From Oscillatoriales cyanobacterium (GTDB lineage Bacteria > Cyanobacteriota > Cyanobacteriia > Cyanobacteriales > Geitlerinemataceae), in assembly GCA_004293855.1 (NCBI GenBank), contig RDYZ01000208.1, positions 1 through 42,909 on the forward strand: a DNA stretch of 42,909 nucleotides, in the 5' to 3' direction. Each line of letters starts with the position of its first letter. Position 1 is the stretch's first letter. Position numbers and translations under genes: made by a program. Under the pieces are notes generated by a model. That model made no database searches and was not told the DNA's origin. It was given only the letters and a program-made list of their open reading frames with translations. Shown here piece by piece: positions 33,422-42,909 of the stretch.

Positions 33422-36400
33422 ATGAACAGCGATCGCGATCAGGAACCACAGGTTAAACGGTTTTGGGCTTGGCTGTGGCGCCCGAAGCTGCTGCTTGCCT
33501 TGGGTGGGGTGAGTGTGGTCGCAGCGGTGATCACCTATTGGGCGATCGTTGAGACGGCAAAACGTTTCATTCCACCCATTGTGGAGCGTGAGATCAGCAA
33601 AATCCTGAATCGACCGATCGATGTGGGTGAGTTTGAGCAATTATCCCTATTTGGCTTGCGTCTTTCACCCACGGTTATTCCGATCGCAGCGGGCAACTCC
33701 AATAGCCTCTTGATCGATCAGATTGATGTTCGCTATCAACCGTGGGGCGTACTGCGGGGGCGTTTGCCGGTGCAGATTGAAATCTCTGGCATTGATCTGG
33801 AAATCAATCAGTTAGAGGATGGCTCCTGGGCGACGATCGATCTCAATCTTCCACCCCCAGAGGAGCCGGTCGATTTACCCTTTGATCCCCAAGTGGATGT
33901 GTCGCTTCGGGATGTGCAAGTGACCGTGTTGCCGTTGGGGGCACGCGATCCACTGACGATCGATCTGGAGGCGATCGCCCGCGTGCGCGACAACACCCAA
34001 ACGGCGGCCTATGAGGTCGATTTACGGGTGGAGGACGGCACGATCGCACTGCGGGGCGAAACCCAGATCAAGACCTTGGCGAGCAAGCTCACGCTTGGGA
34101 TTCAAAAGCTTGATCTAACGGACTTTAATGCGTTTTTGCCGTCTGAGCTGATCACCTTGGATCGTGGCCTGGTCAATGCGAACCTTCAGCTTCAACAACC
34201 TGCGGTTCTCGATCCGGAAACGGGAACCCCGATCGCCGAAATCGTTAAGCCCAGCGAGACCCGCACGGCCAAGATCAACGATCCGCAGGGTACACCCGAC
34301 ACAAAACCCCAAACGGATTTAGATCTCAAACGCTTACTTGCCTACCTGCCCGAGATTCGCGGTACGTTAGCACTCGAAACATTGCAAGCGGCTCTGGCTG
34401 GAATTCGTGAGCCGCTCACAGCGGGAGGGGTGCTGCAATTTCAGGGCGATCGGCTGCGGTTTGACCGGGCGATCGCCGCTGTCGGGCCGGTTGCGGTCAA
34501 GCTTGCGGGCCGTGTGGATCGGCGATCGGGGTTTGATCTGCGGGTGACGGTGCCGCCGGTTGAGCTCATTGAGGCGATCGCCTTGGTGGAGGATCTGGCA
34601 AGCGTGAGCGACCCCTTAGATTCGCAAGTGGATGCAGACCTGACAGCAGAGGTCAATCTTAACGGTGCATTCGATGATCCGACGCTCAAACTCGCCCTAC
34701 GCAATGTGACGCCGTGGCGACTGGATCGGCTCAAGATCGCCGAATTTCGGACGAACATCACCGTCGATCGCGAGACCCTGACCCTGAATGGCTTGCGACT
34801 AGCCCCGGCAGCGGGCGGGCGTATCCTGGCGCGGGGTGAAGCCAGTATCGATCAGCTTGTCACGTCCTTGCTTGCTGCGTCTGCTGCCAATTCAACGGCT
34901 CCAAATCCAGCAGATGCGACGCCGTCCAAACCGTCCGTAACATCGCCACCCGATCGGGCGATCGAGGGCGATCGTCCTCGTGATCTCGCCCAAAATTCCC
35001 AGCAAAATCCGAACCAAAACCTGAACCAAAATCCCACCGCGAGTCCTAACCCACCCGCGATCGATTTGCCCCTTGATACGGTCAAGATCACCGGCAACCT
35101 AGATCTCAACCTACCGCTCGACGCGATCGCCGCTCCCTACGAGCTACCGGACGGGATCACCCTGGGGACACTCCGCAGCGTCAGCACGATCGCGGGTAAT
35201 GCCGCCCAACCCACCGGGCTGATCCGGTGGGAATTGCCTGGTTTATCGGTGTTTGGCGAGGCGATCGCCGCTGCGGGCGGGGTGAGCCTGGAGGGGATGA
35301 CCATAACCCTGTTGGAGACGATCATCGGTCTGGGAGGTGGTGAAATCGTGGCGACGGGACGCGGTGATCTGAAAACAAACGACTGGAATTTACGAGCCAA
35401 CAGCACACCGATCGACGTGACGCCAATCCTCGCCAAGCTAACGGGGAATGCGATCCCGCTGCGGTTGGAATTGGCGGCCTTATCCCTCGGAGCAAGCGTC
35501 AATACGGCGGATCTGGCCCGTCAGGAGTGGGGGGGGATCGCGGCGAATCTGGATCTAACCGCAGCGATCGCGGATGGCTTGGCCGATGTCCGTTTCGATT
35601 TGGCAAATGGCCGGATTAATCTGGTCGGTTCGACCGGTGCGATCGATTTGGCGGCATTGTTGCCCAGTTTGCCCAGTTCGCCCAGTTTGTCCACTGGGTC
35701 GAACGAGCTGAACCGGTCGAATCTACCGGTGACCTGGCGCGGTGGTCGGTTCGAGTTAGCCACCACGATCGATGAGGTACTGGCGATCGCCGCAACCCAA
35801 ACCCTCGATGGGATTGCCCTACGGGGTCAGGCGGATTTGGGCCTCGGCAGTGGTGGGATTGTGGCGGAAGCTCGCCTGGACGGTGGGCAGCTATTCGCTG
35901 GGGCGCGGGGTGGATCGATCGATCTCACGGCGATCGCCCGCAGTTTTGGCGCAGATCTGCCCCTGGCCACACGTTTGGACGGCTTAGACGCAACCTTGAA
36001 TGCCGATCTGCGAGCCGTGATCGCAGCGGCATCGAGCGGTGATTGGCGCCGCCTCAATCCCAATTTGCAAGCCAATCTCGATCTTGGGCTGGACAATGGC
36101 ACGATCGCCGTGCAGACGATCGCCGATGCCAACACCTGGGCCGTTGAAACCCGTGGCGGCCTTCCCCTGTCGGAAGCCCTGATCACCAGCGTGATCGGTA
36201 CAGAATCCCCCATTCGGAGTCCGGCTTTTCCCCAAAGGGCTCGGGTGGACACCCGCCTCTCGGGCATGGTCGCCCCCCTGCTGGATCTCGCCAGCCCAGG
36301 CCCTGCCGCCCCCCTAGAGGTCACGGTCGATCGGCTGTTCCTGGCATTGGGTGACGAGTTTGTCGAGTTGGCGGGCGATGTGCGGCTGCTCAATCTCCTC

Positions 36401-39400
36401 ACCCAGCCGGATCTTGAGGCGGATTTACAGGTGGCGGCTGAGTACGACTCCGATCGTCTACCGATCACCCTCGAGGATGTCTCCCTGGCGGTGGGCGATC
36501 GGCTCGCGCGACGTCGGGAGGTGAATGTGGCCGGAGCGGTCACGTTTAACGGGCAATTTACCGGGCGTCAGTTAATCCGTGAGCCCCTGACACCGGGGAA
36601 TGTGGCGCTGACGGGGGATCTCGAACTGCGCAATCCGGCGGCGAACGATCGGGTTTTCGATCGGCTTTTAACCGGGTCGCTGGTGGCACGCACGGACGAT
36701 CGAATCGAAATTAATCTACAGGGTGAGCGCGATCGGCTGATGGCGCGGCTACGGCCCTGCGATCGGGGATCGGCCTGTCTGAGCCCCTTTTTGCCCGATC
36801 GCTTCGAGCTGCGTTACGGTTCCGGCCAAGCGAATCCGGTGGTCGCCTTGGGCGATCGACGTGGCGATCGGTTTGATGTGAGCCTCGACAATTTCAATCT
36901 CGATCTGCTCAATCTCTCGCCCGCAACCAAGCTCGGGATTAACGGCCCGCTTCAGGGTGATATCACCGCCCAGTTCAGCGTCAATTTATTTGACCTATCC
37001 GCTGATGGACAGTTGGCGATCGAACAGCCCGGTGTGGGCTACCTGGTTACCGACAGTTTAGAAGCCGACTTTTCCTACGATGACGGCTCGGCTCGGCTCG
37101 ATTCCTCCGCCTTTAATCTGGGGCGTACCCAGTATCGGTTTAACGGTGAAGTGAATCTCGATTTGCTCGACATTGCCCAGGGACGGTTAGCCGTCAGCGA
37201 TATCGACACCATTTTGGCGTCCCAGGTGCGTGGCGATCTGACGGTGGAGGACGGTCAACTGGAGGATTTACTCGATGTATTCAAATGGTCGAACGTTGAG
37301 GATCTGACCACCCGGCAACTGGCGGCTCCCAGTTTTAGCGCGGCGGACTTGAATGTTTCGGGGGTGGGTGAACCGGAGTTATCGCTCCTATCCCAATTGC
37401 CAGGATTTGACGCGGCGAGCGACGCCGTCCGCCAACTGGCGGCGGCTCTCCGTCAACCAGCCCCACCCCGAGAACTGGATCTTACGGGAACCTATGACGC
37501 CCAGATGACGATCGGGGGAACCCTGGGCGATCCCCTGGTGGATTTAACGTTTATGGCGGATAACTGGCGCTGGTCCTTGCAACCGACAATTAATGCGATC
37601 GAGCCGCGCCTCGGCTTTTTCCGGGAAGAGGGGGCATTTATCCAGATCAACGATATTGCGATCGCGGCCAACTATACGGATGGACAAGTTGAACTCAACC
37701 AACTGAATGTACGGGTCGATGACGCTCAACTGACCGCCAGTGGCACCCTGTCGGAAACGAGCCAGGATGTCACGGTTAATCTCGATCGGCTCCAGCTCGA
37801 CACAATTCGCCGATTTGTACCGCTGCCTCTGGATGCCGCTGCAACGATTTCACTGCAAGCCAAGATTGGTGGCAATCTCCAGCAGCCCACCGTGACCGGT
37901 GAAACGATCGTGGACAATATCGTCCTCAATAGTCGCCCGATCGATCCGATCACCAGCCGCTTTGACTACGCCGACACCACCTTTGCCTTTGCCACCACGT
38001 CCCCCGACTGGCTGGATATTCGCGCCCAAGCCCCTCTACCGCTCACGCCGGAGAATAACACCACCACGATCGCCGTTAAGGTCAAAACCCCGGCCCTGAA
38101 TTTGCTTTCCACCCTGAGTGGTGGCAGCCTGGAATACGTCAGCGGTGATTTTGATCTGGATTTACAGGCCAGTATCGGATTTGTGGGCTTTTTCCCCAAA
38201 ATCGAAGCCGTCGGTACGATCGCTTTGGATCAAACCACCGTACGATCGCCACTGTTGCCCGCTGCTCCCCTGGCGATCGATGGGGACATTAACCTGGTCT
38301 ACGATCCGATCGCCCAGGTGATCGTCGATGTGGATCAAATCGTGGCCTCCGTGGCCGAGGGGGCATTCACCCTGGATGGTTCGTTGCCGCTGTATCCCAG
38401 TCCCACCCCGATCGAAACACCCCTCACCTTCTCCGTTGCCCAAGGTGAACTGGACCTCCAGGACATTTACCAAGGTCGAGTCGATGGTCAGATTCAGGTC
38501 GCCGGTAGCGGTTTTCGTCCTGTGATTAGCGGACGAATGGGGGTTTCCGATGGACGTCTGAGTCTACCCAAGCTGGAGTCACAGACCACCGGCGAACTGG
38601 TCAATGTGGAAAACTGGGAGCCTCCCCCGTCTGAGACGCCACCGCTGATTCAGCCTCGCTTTGATAATTTTGCGGTGTTCATTGGCGATCGATTTCGTGC
38701 CGAACTGGAGCCGATCTTTAATTTCCGGGTGATGGGCGATCTGGCGCTGAATGGTATCTACGATGGAACGCTGGACAAGTTACAAGCGGATGGCTCGATC
38801 GCGATCGAGCGTGGTCGCGTCAACGTTCTGAGCAACCTGTTTTTTATTGCGCCCGGTCGTGACCATCGCATTACGTTTACACCCGATCGCAGCCCGATCG
38901 ACCCCGACATTGATCTCGAACTTGCCACCCTGATCTACGAAAGCGAAGCCAACAGCCTCCGCCAACGCGACCCCGCCACCACCGAACTCCCCGACCTGAG
39001 CCTGATTCCCAATCGGCGATCGCGTCAGCTCCTCGTCAGCCTGGGTCTCGATGGTTCCGCCCAAGATTTGCTCGCGGCGGTCCAGGCTAGCAACACCGGC
39101 GATACCAGTCGCCTGCTCGATGTGGTCAGCATCAGCAGTGTTCCCAGCCGAGATGATCAGACCCTGGTGGCCCTGTTGGGCAATCAGTTCATCACCACCG
39201 TGCAGGATGTCGCCCAGCTTCAGGGGGCAGAATTGATCGAGTTTGCGGCGCTACGATTTGCGATCGAGCCGACCCTGACCGATGCACTACTGGATGTGGA
39301 TAATTTTGTGAATCGAGCCGGTCACGCCTTGGGGCTAACCCGTTTAAGCATCTTTCCGCCCGGTCAGGTGGAAGGTACGATCGAATTAACCCCGGATTCC

Positions 39401-39514
39401 CTCTTACGCTTGACCTACGATTACGGCTGGAATGGGTTGCAATTGCAAAACTCCACGGAAGAAACGGGGGCAAATTCCCAGTCGGTCGAACTGCGCTACG
39501 AATTTCGCTTTTAG
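33422..39514 (+). CDS. tamB: TamB-family (DUF490 / AsmA-like) translocation and assembly module protein, 2030 aa; cyanobacterial counterpart of chloroplast TIC236
   Basis: Single N-terminal TM anchor (LLLALGGVSVVAAVITYWAIV). The body is very long and predicted beta-rich, with recurring L.G.L.L motifs. The C-terminal DUF490-like region ends ...SQSVELRYEFRF, a TamB-like aromatic terminus. Confidence 0.85.
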   Translation: MNSDRDQEPQVKRFWAWLWRPKLLLALGGVSVVAAVITYWAIVETAKRFIPPIVEREISKILNRPIDVGEFEQLSLFGLRLSPTVIPIAAGNSNSLLIDQIDVRYQPWGVLRGRLPVQIEISGIDLEINQLEDGSWATIDLNLPPPEEPVDLPFDPQVDVSLRDVQVTVLPLGARDPLTIDLEAIARVRDNTQTAAYEVDLRVEDGTIALRGETQIKTLASKLTLGIQKLDLTDFNAFLPSELITLDRGLVNANLQLQQPAVLDPETGTPIAEIVKPSETRTAKINDPQGTPDTKPQTDLDLKRLLAYLPEIRGTLALETLQAALAGIREPLTAGGVLQFQGDRLRFDRAIAAVGPVAVKLAGRVDRRSGFDLRVTVPPVELIEAIALVEDLASVSDPLDSQVDADLTAEVNLNGAFDDPTLKLALRNVTPWRLDRLKIAEFRTNITVDRETLTLNGLRLAPAAGGRILARGEASIDQLVTSLLAASAANSTAPNPADATPSKPSVTSPPDRAIEGDRPRDLAQNSQQNPNQNLNQNPTASPNPPAIDLPLDTVKITGNLDLNLPLDAIAAPYELPDGITLGTLRSVSTIAGNAAQPTGLIRWELPGLSVFGEAIAAAGGVSLEGMTITLLETIIGLGGGEIVATGRGDLKTNDWNLRANSTPIDVTPILAKLTGNAIPLRLELAALSLGASVNTADLARQEWGGIAANLDLTAAIADGLADVRFDLANGRINLVGSTGAIDLAALLPSLPSSPSLSTGSNELNRSNLPVTWRGGRFELATTIDEVLAIAATQTLDGIALRGQADLGLGSGGIVAEARLDGGQLFAGARGGSIDLTAIARSFGADLPLATRLDGLDATLNADLRAVIAAASSGDWRRLNPNLQANLDLGLDNGTIAVQTIADANTWAVETRGGLPLSEALITSVIGTESPIRSPAFPQRARVDTRLSGMVAPLLDLASPGPAAPLEVTVDRLFLALGDEFVELAGDVRLLNLLTQPDLEADLQVAAEYDSDRLPITLEDVSLAVGDRLARRREVNVAGAVTFNGQFTGRQLIREPLTPGNVALTGDLELRNPAANDRVFDRLLTGSLVARTDDRIEINLQGERDRLMARLRPCDRGSACLSPFLPDRFELRYGSGQANPVVALGDRRGDRFDVSLDNFNLDLLNLSPATKLGINGPLQGDITAQFSVNLFDLSADGQLAIEQPGVGYLVTDSLEADFSYDDGSARLDSSAFNLGRTQYRFNGEVNLDLLDIAQGRLAVSDIDTILASQVRGDLTVEDGQLEDLLDVFKWSNVEDLTTRQLAAPSFSAADLNVSGVGEPELSLLSQLPGFDAASDAVRQLAAALRQPAPPRELDLTGTYDAQMTIGGTLGDPLVDLTFMADNWRWSLQPTINAIEPRLGFFREEGAFIQINDIAIAANYTDGQVELNQLNVRVDDAQLTASGTLSETSQDVTVNLDRLQLDTIRRFVPLPLDAAATISLQAKIGGNLQQPTVTGETIVDNIVLNSRPIDPITSRFDYADTTFAFATTSPDWLDIRAQAPLPLTPENNTTTIAVKVKTPALNLLSTLSGGSLEYVSGDFDLDLQASIGFVGFFPKIEAVGTIALDQTTVRSPLLPAAPLAIDGDINLVYDPIAQVIVDVDQIVASVAEGAFTLDGSLPLYPSPTPIETPLTFSVAQGELDLQDIYQGRVDGQIQVAGSGFRPVISGRMGVSDGRLSLPKLESQTTGELVNVENWEPPPSETPPLIQPRFDNFAVFIGDRFRAELEPIFNFRVMGDLALNGIYDGTLDKLQADGSIAIERGRVNVLSNLFFIAPGRDHRITFTPDRSPIDPDIDLELATLIYESEANSLRQRDPATTELPDLSLIPNRRSRQLLVSLGLDGSAQDLLAAVQASNTGDTSRLLDVVSISSVPSRDDQTLVALLGNQFITTVQDVAQLQGAELIEFAALRFAIEPTLTDALLDVDNFVNRAGHALGLTRLSIFPPGQVEGTIELTPDSLLRLTYDYGWNGLQLQNSTEETGANSQSVELRYEFRF

Positions 39515-39546
39515 CCCGACCTGATGAAGTTTGGACGTCACCCACC

Positions 39547-40755
39547 ATGCACCTTGCCGTGTTATTTGAGTTTGACCCCGATCGCCCGACTCGCGATCAC
39601 TGGCCTGCGGCCAAGCTGGGGCATTGGGGACGCTGCCTCGCTATGGCGGACGCGATCGAGCGGGCGGGTCATCGGGTGACGCGGATCGGTGGCCTGGATA
39701 AAACCCGTGAGCAGCGATCGCGTCGTGCCAAACTGCGCCGACGCTTGTATGCATGGCAACATCAACACTACCTCGCTTGGACAGAACCACGTTTTAACCG
39801 GGATTACGCCGCCCAACTCGCCCAGCAGCTCACGGCGAAAGGTCACGATGGTGACAAGCCGCATCCACCGGGCAACTATGACGCGATCGTCACACCGGAC
39901 ACCAATCTCGTGGCGTACCTGAAGACGAATCTACCGATCTTTTTTTGGGCAGATACCACCTATGCAACACTGATCGATGTCTATCCCGGTTTTTGTGATC
40001 TGTGTCAACGATCGCGCCGTCAACTTCAGGATCTCGATCAACGCGCCTTGAAACGCTGTCGGCGGGTTCTACTGGCGTCGGACTGGGCGATCGAGGGGGC
40101 GGCCTCCGCCTACGGGCTGGATCGCGATCGGTTTCGCTTAATCGAGCTGGGCGGCAATCTCGAACCGCCCGAGGCTCCGACTGTTCAGGCTCACATCGAG
40201 CAACGCGATCGGCACAGACTCAACCTGCTATGGATCGGCACAGATTGGCAGCGCAAGGGCGGCGATCGGGCGATCGAACTCGTCCACCACTTGCGTGAGC
40301 AGAACATTCCCGCACAGCTCACCACCATCGGTGGTCAAGCTCCCTACCCTTCAGACCTGATCCGCAACGTGGGACGCCTCGATCCCAGCCAGCCCGCCGA
40401 TCGTACCCAGCTTGAAGCCGCCCTTAACACCGCACATTTTTTAGTGTTGCCGTCCGAGGCGGAGTGTTTTGGGCATGTGTTGTGTGAGGCGAATGGGTTT
40501 GGTGTGCCGGTGTTAACAAGTGATGTGGGGGGAATTCCCAGTGTGGTGCGATCGGGGGTGAATGGGTTGATCGCGCCGCTGGCGGGCTGGGCGACGGCGA
40601 TCGCGCCACCGGTGGTAGAGCTGTGGCGTGATTGGTCGGCGTATCAGGCGTTAGCGCGATCGGCGCGGCGAGAATACGAGACCCGTTTGAACTGGACAAC
40701 GCTAGGTGAGCGGGTGAGCGCGGAAATTGCACGCAGCTTGGCGATCGGCTCGTGA
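39547..40755 (+). CDS. Glycosyltransferase family 4 (GT-B fold, group 1)
   Basis: The EX7E motif lies in FLVLPSEAECFGHVLCEANGFGVPVLTSDVGGIPSVV. The gene starts 33 nt after the tamB-like stop. Confidence 0.85.
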   Translation: MHLAVLFEFDPDRPTRDHWPAAKLGHWGRCLAMADAIERAGHRVTRIGGLDKTREQRSRRAKLRRRLYAWQHQHYLAWTEPRFNRDYAAQLAQQLTAKGHDGDKPHPPGNYDAIVTPDTNLVAYLKTNLPIFFWADTTYATLIDVYPGFCDLCQRSRRQLQDLDQRALKRCRRVLLASDWAIEGAASAYGLDRDRFRLIELGGNLEPPEAPTVQAHIEQRDRHRLNLLWIGTDWQRKGGDRAIELVHHLREQNIPAQLTTIGGQAPYPSDLIRNVGRLDPSQPADRTQLEAALNTAHFLVLPSEAECFGHVLCEANGFGVPVLTSDVGGIPSVVRSGVNGLIAPLAGWATAIAPPVVELWRDWSAYQALARSARREYETRLNWTTLGERVSAEIARSLAIGS

Positions 40756-40773
40756 TGTTTCAGTTGCAGACGC

Positions 40774-40814
40774 AAAAAACGGGTCTACTCTGAGCCATCC
40801 CAGAGTAAACCCGT
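40774..40814 (-). terminator. Rho-independent terminator of the NDH-2 gene
   Basis: A 14-bp stem (40779-40792 with 40801-40814, one mismatch) and an 8-nt loop. On the minus strand the hairpin is followed by a U-tract (plus-strand A-run 40774-40779). It lies 33 nt downstream of the stop at 40847. Confidence 0.6.
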
Positions 40815-40846
40815 CCAGTGCATACACGATGCAGCATAAGTGAGAG

Positions 40847-42217
40847 CTACGCCACGCTTTTCTCTTCAACCTTTTCAAGTTGTGGAGAGGCTCCATCCTC
40901 AGTGTCCGCCGTCTTCACCTTCACCGGCACAAGCGACGCCTCACCCGTAATCAAACGCGCCCCGCGTCCCCGCGTCAGGTAGCTCCAGCCCCACTGCACC
41001 ATGACCAACAGCTTGTTATCAAACTCGATCAAGTAGTAGATGTGCGCCACAATCCAGATAATCCAGGCCAGAAAACCCGAGAAGCGCACAAAGCCCAGAT
41101 CGGCAACGGCTTCATTTTGGCCGATCACCGCCAAGCTACCGAAATCCACATAGGTAAAGTCGGCGATTTCTTTACCCTGAAGCTGTTTCTGGATAGCCGT
41201 CGCGACGTATTGGCCTTCCTGCATCGCCACCGGAGCTACACCGGGTAGGGGACGCGATCCTTGGTGGGCGAAGTGAGCCAGATCGCCAACGACGTAGATA
41301 TCATCATTGGTCGGCAGGCTCAGGCGTGGGCTGACGATGACGCGACCGGCCCGATCGAGTTCGGCTCCGGCGCGATCGGCCAGGACACGACCGAGTTTCG
41401 AGGCACGAATTCCCGCCGCCCAGATCGTCGTTTTGGCGTTGACGCGAATGTCCTCATCGTTGCAGCGAATCGTCAGATTATCGCCGTCAATATTCGTCAC
41501 AAAGCTTTTCGGCTGAATCGTAACGCCGAGTTTTTCGAGGGATTCCTGAGCTTTGGCCGACAGATCCGGCGCGTAGGGCGGCAACACGCGATCCATGCCT
41601 TCGATTAGCAGGATTTTCGCTTGGGTGGTGTCAATGCGGCTGAAGTCATGTTTCAGGGTTTTATGGGCAAGCTCAGCGATCGCCCCGGCCATTTCAACCC
41701 CCGTCGGCCCCGCACCGACGATCGCAAACGTTAGCCACGCCTCACGTTGGGCGGGATCATCGGTTTTTTCCGCCGCTTCAAAGGCTTCAAAAATCCGGCG
41801 ACGAATATCGATCGCATCCTCGATCGTCTTCAAACCGGGTGCATCCTCTTGCCAGTGGTCGTTACCGAAATAGAAGTGACTAGCCCCTGTGGCAACAATG
41901 AGCGAATCGTAGGCGATCGATCCTTCCGTCAGCGTGACGGTTTTCGTCTCGGGATCGATGTCGCGCACTTCATCGAGCAAAACGTGCGTATTTTTCTGGT
42001 TACGTAACACCATCCGCAGCGGTGAAGAGATTTCCCCCGGCGAAAGGCTACCCGTTGCGACTTGATAGAGCAGCGGTTGGAACAGGTGGAAATTACGCTT
42101 ATCGATCAATGTGACATCGATATTGGGAGCTTTCGCAAACGCTTTTGCGGCGTAAAGTCCACCAAAACCGCCACCAATAATTACGACGCGGTGGGGAGCT
42201 GTTTTCGTCTGGGTCAT
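40847..42217 (-). CDS. Type 2 NADH dehydrogenase (NDH-2), FAD/NAD(P)-binding oxidoreductase
   Basis: HRVVIIGGGFGGLYAAKAF...IDKRNFHLFQPLLYQVATG is the first dinucleotide fold. IVGAGPTGVEMAG is the second. The C-terminus is a membrane-association helix. Confidence 0.9.
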   Translation of the reverse strand: MTQTKTAPHRVVIIGGGFGGLYAAKAFAKAPNIDVTLIDKRNFHLFQPLLYQVATGSLSPGEISSPLRMVLRNQKNTHVLLDEVRDIDPETKTVTLTEGSIAYDSLIVATGASHFYFGNDHWQEDAPGLKTIEDAIDIRRRIFEAFEAAEKTDDPAQREAWLTFAIVGAGPTGVEMAGAIAELAHKTLKHDFSRIDTTQAKILLIEGMDRVLPPYAPDLSAKAQESLEKLGVTIQPKSFVTNIDGDNLTIRCNDEDIRVNAKTTIWAAGIRASKLGRVLADRAGAELDRAGRVIVSPRLSLPTNDDIYVVGDLAHFAHQGSRPLPGVAPVAMQEGQYVATAIQKQLQGKEIADFTYVDFGSLAVIGQNEAVADLGFVRFSGFLAWIIWIVAHIYYLIEFDNKLLVMVQWGWSYLTRGRGARLITGEASLVPVKVKTADTEDGASPQLEKVEEKSVA

Positions 42218-42502
42218 AGCCGAAGATAGGGTGATTGGTGTTAAGTTTGGGCGATCGCGGGTCGATGGGTCAGTCGTCGATCAACGATGCGCGACGTTGC
42301 CAAATCCTTAACAATTGTTTAGGGTCAAAGCTTAACTTATATTAAGTCCGATCGCGAATTTAAGAACGTATTAGAAAATACGAAGGCTTTCATTACAAGT
42401 ATTAACGTTTTGGTTGTTTGATGAAGTCTCGTTAAGCCGTTGGCTGTTCTCTTCTCTCTCGTCAAGTGCGACAATCCGGGCGATCGCTCCTTTTTTCTGG
42501 CT

Positions 42503-42909
42503 ATGACTCACGCCATTTCCTCGATCCCTCCCGACCGTCAGGCCGCCTTGCGCCGCTTGATGGCACGGGTTCAGTTAACGAGCTGGCGATCGTTAAGTGC
42601 GGCGTCGGGGGTGTCGATGCGGCAAATTCGGGCGGTGCGTCAGGGTGAATTGGATCGCCTGACGCTAGGGACGATCGATCGGTTAGCGGAGGCGTTGGCT
42701 TGCTCTCGTGCGGAGTTTTTAGAGGCGTTAGCGTGGTTGGCCGGATCGGATCAGTCGCTCGCAACATTAGATCACACCTCAGTCTTACAAGCGGAATGCA
42801 ATCGGCTGCGTGAGGCGTTGGATCAGCAAGCAACGGAGTTAAACCACCGATTCCAAACCCAGGCGATCGATCAGCTTGAATCCTTCCTCACCTTTTGGCC
42901 GGTGGCTGC
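42503..42909 (+). CDS. Helix-turn-helix (XRE-like) domain protein, N-terminal 135 codons. It runs off the right edge, so it is absent from the supplied ORF track.
   Basis: I translated by hand from ATG 42503 with no stop to the window end. MTHAISSIPPDRQAALRRLMARVQLTSWRSLSAASGVSMRQIRAVRQGELDRLTLGTIDRLAEALACS is a typical HTH segment. A coiled-coil-like region follows (ECNRLREALDQQATELNHRFQ). Confidence 0.45.
   Translation, partial: MTHAISSIPPDRQAALRRLMARVQLTSWRSLSAASGVSMRQIRAVRQGELDRLTLGTIDRLAEALACSRAEFLEALAWLAGSDQSLATLDHTSVLQAECNRLREALDQQATELNHRFQTQAIDQLESFLTFWPVA

Noticed and set aside
35827-36543. 238-aa minus-strand ORF nested inside the TamB-like gene
   Set aside because: It lies entirely antisense within a 2030-aa gene. 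Its Arg/Ser/Ala/Pro-dominated composition is typical of the antisense frame of GC-rich coding DNA. No motif was recognised.
1-42909. Mobile elements, prophage, defence islands, tRNA or rRNA genes
   Set aside because: I recognised no transposase, integrase, recombinase, phage structural or restriction/Cas-like proteins in any long ORF. I saw no T-loop-like GGTTCGAATCC-type sequence in the intergenic regions.

Overview
This 42.9-kb segment looks like ordinary cyanobacterial chromosome. The octamer GCGATCGC (HIP1) and its GATCGC core recur throughout coding and non-coding DNA. I can support 27 protein-coding genes, one frameshifted gene, several tandem and inverted repeats, and one convincing intrinsic terminator. 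Two of the genes are partial edge ORFs that the supplied ORF track omits: 1-2231 minus and 42503-42909 plus. I recognised no rRNA, tRNA, CRISPR array, transposase, integrase or phage gene.

Gene content, left to right:
- Secretion and transport: an RTX/beta-helix secreted protein, a SyrD/YojI-type cyclic-peptide ABC exporter, and a CDF metal exporter.
- Possible polysaccharide set: an HpsJ-like membrane protein and two GT2 glycosyltransferases flanking rsmA.
- A frameshifted DRTGG/phosphotransacetylase-family gene.
- A co-directional trio: DprA/SLOG-like protein, DUF697 GTPase and MnmC-type methyltransferase.
- A sigma-70-like gene next to an RTX serralysin-type metalloprotease and an S8 subtilase.
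- rpe, a rhomboid protease, a DUF58 protein, and an RCK-pore-RCK channel-like protein.
- A PilT-family ATPase, a small Nif11-type peptide gene, and a 1484-aa CHASE4 hybrid histidine kinase.
- A 2030-aa TamB/TIC236-like protein followed by a GT4 glycosyltransferase.
- An NDH-2 and a partial HTH protein.

I see no clear multi-gene novel system. The items most worth follow-up are:
1. An orphan, A/T-richer Nif11-leader peptide with a Trp/Pro/Arg-rich 19-residue tail.
2. A channel-like protein with RCK modules on both sides of a pore whose selectivity filter is degenerate.
3. RsmA with a roughly 120-aa Lys/Ser-rich N-terminal extension encoded partly by 9-bp tandem repeats.
4. A perfect 46-bp tandem duplication that copies a start codon and creates a 9-codon uORF.
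5. A frameshift splitting the DRTGG gene directly after a strong Shine-Dalgarno plus GTG start.

All functional calls rest on motif recognition by eye. None has been checked against a database.
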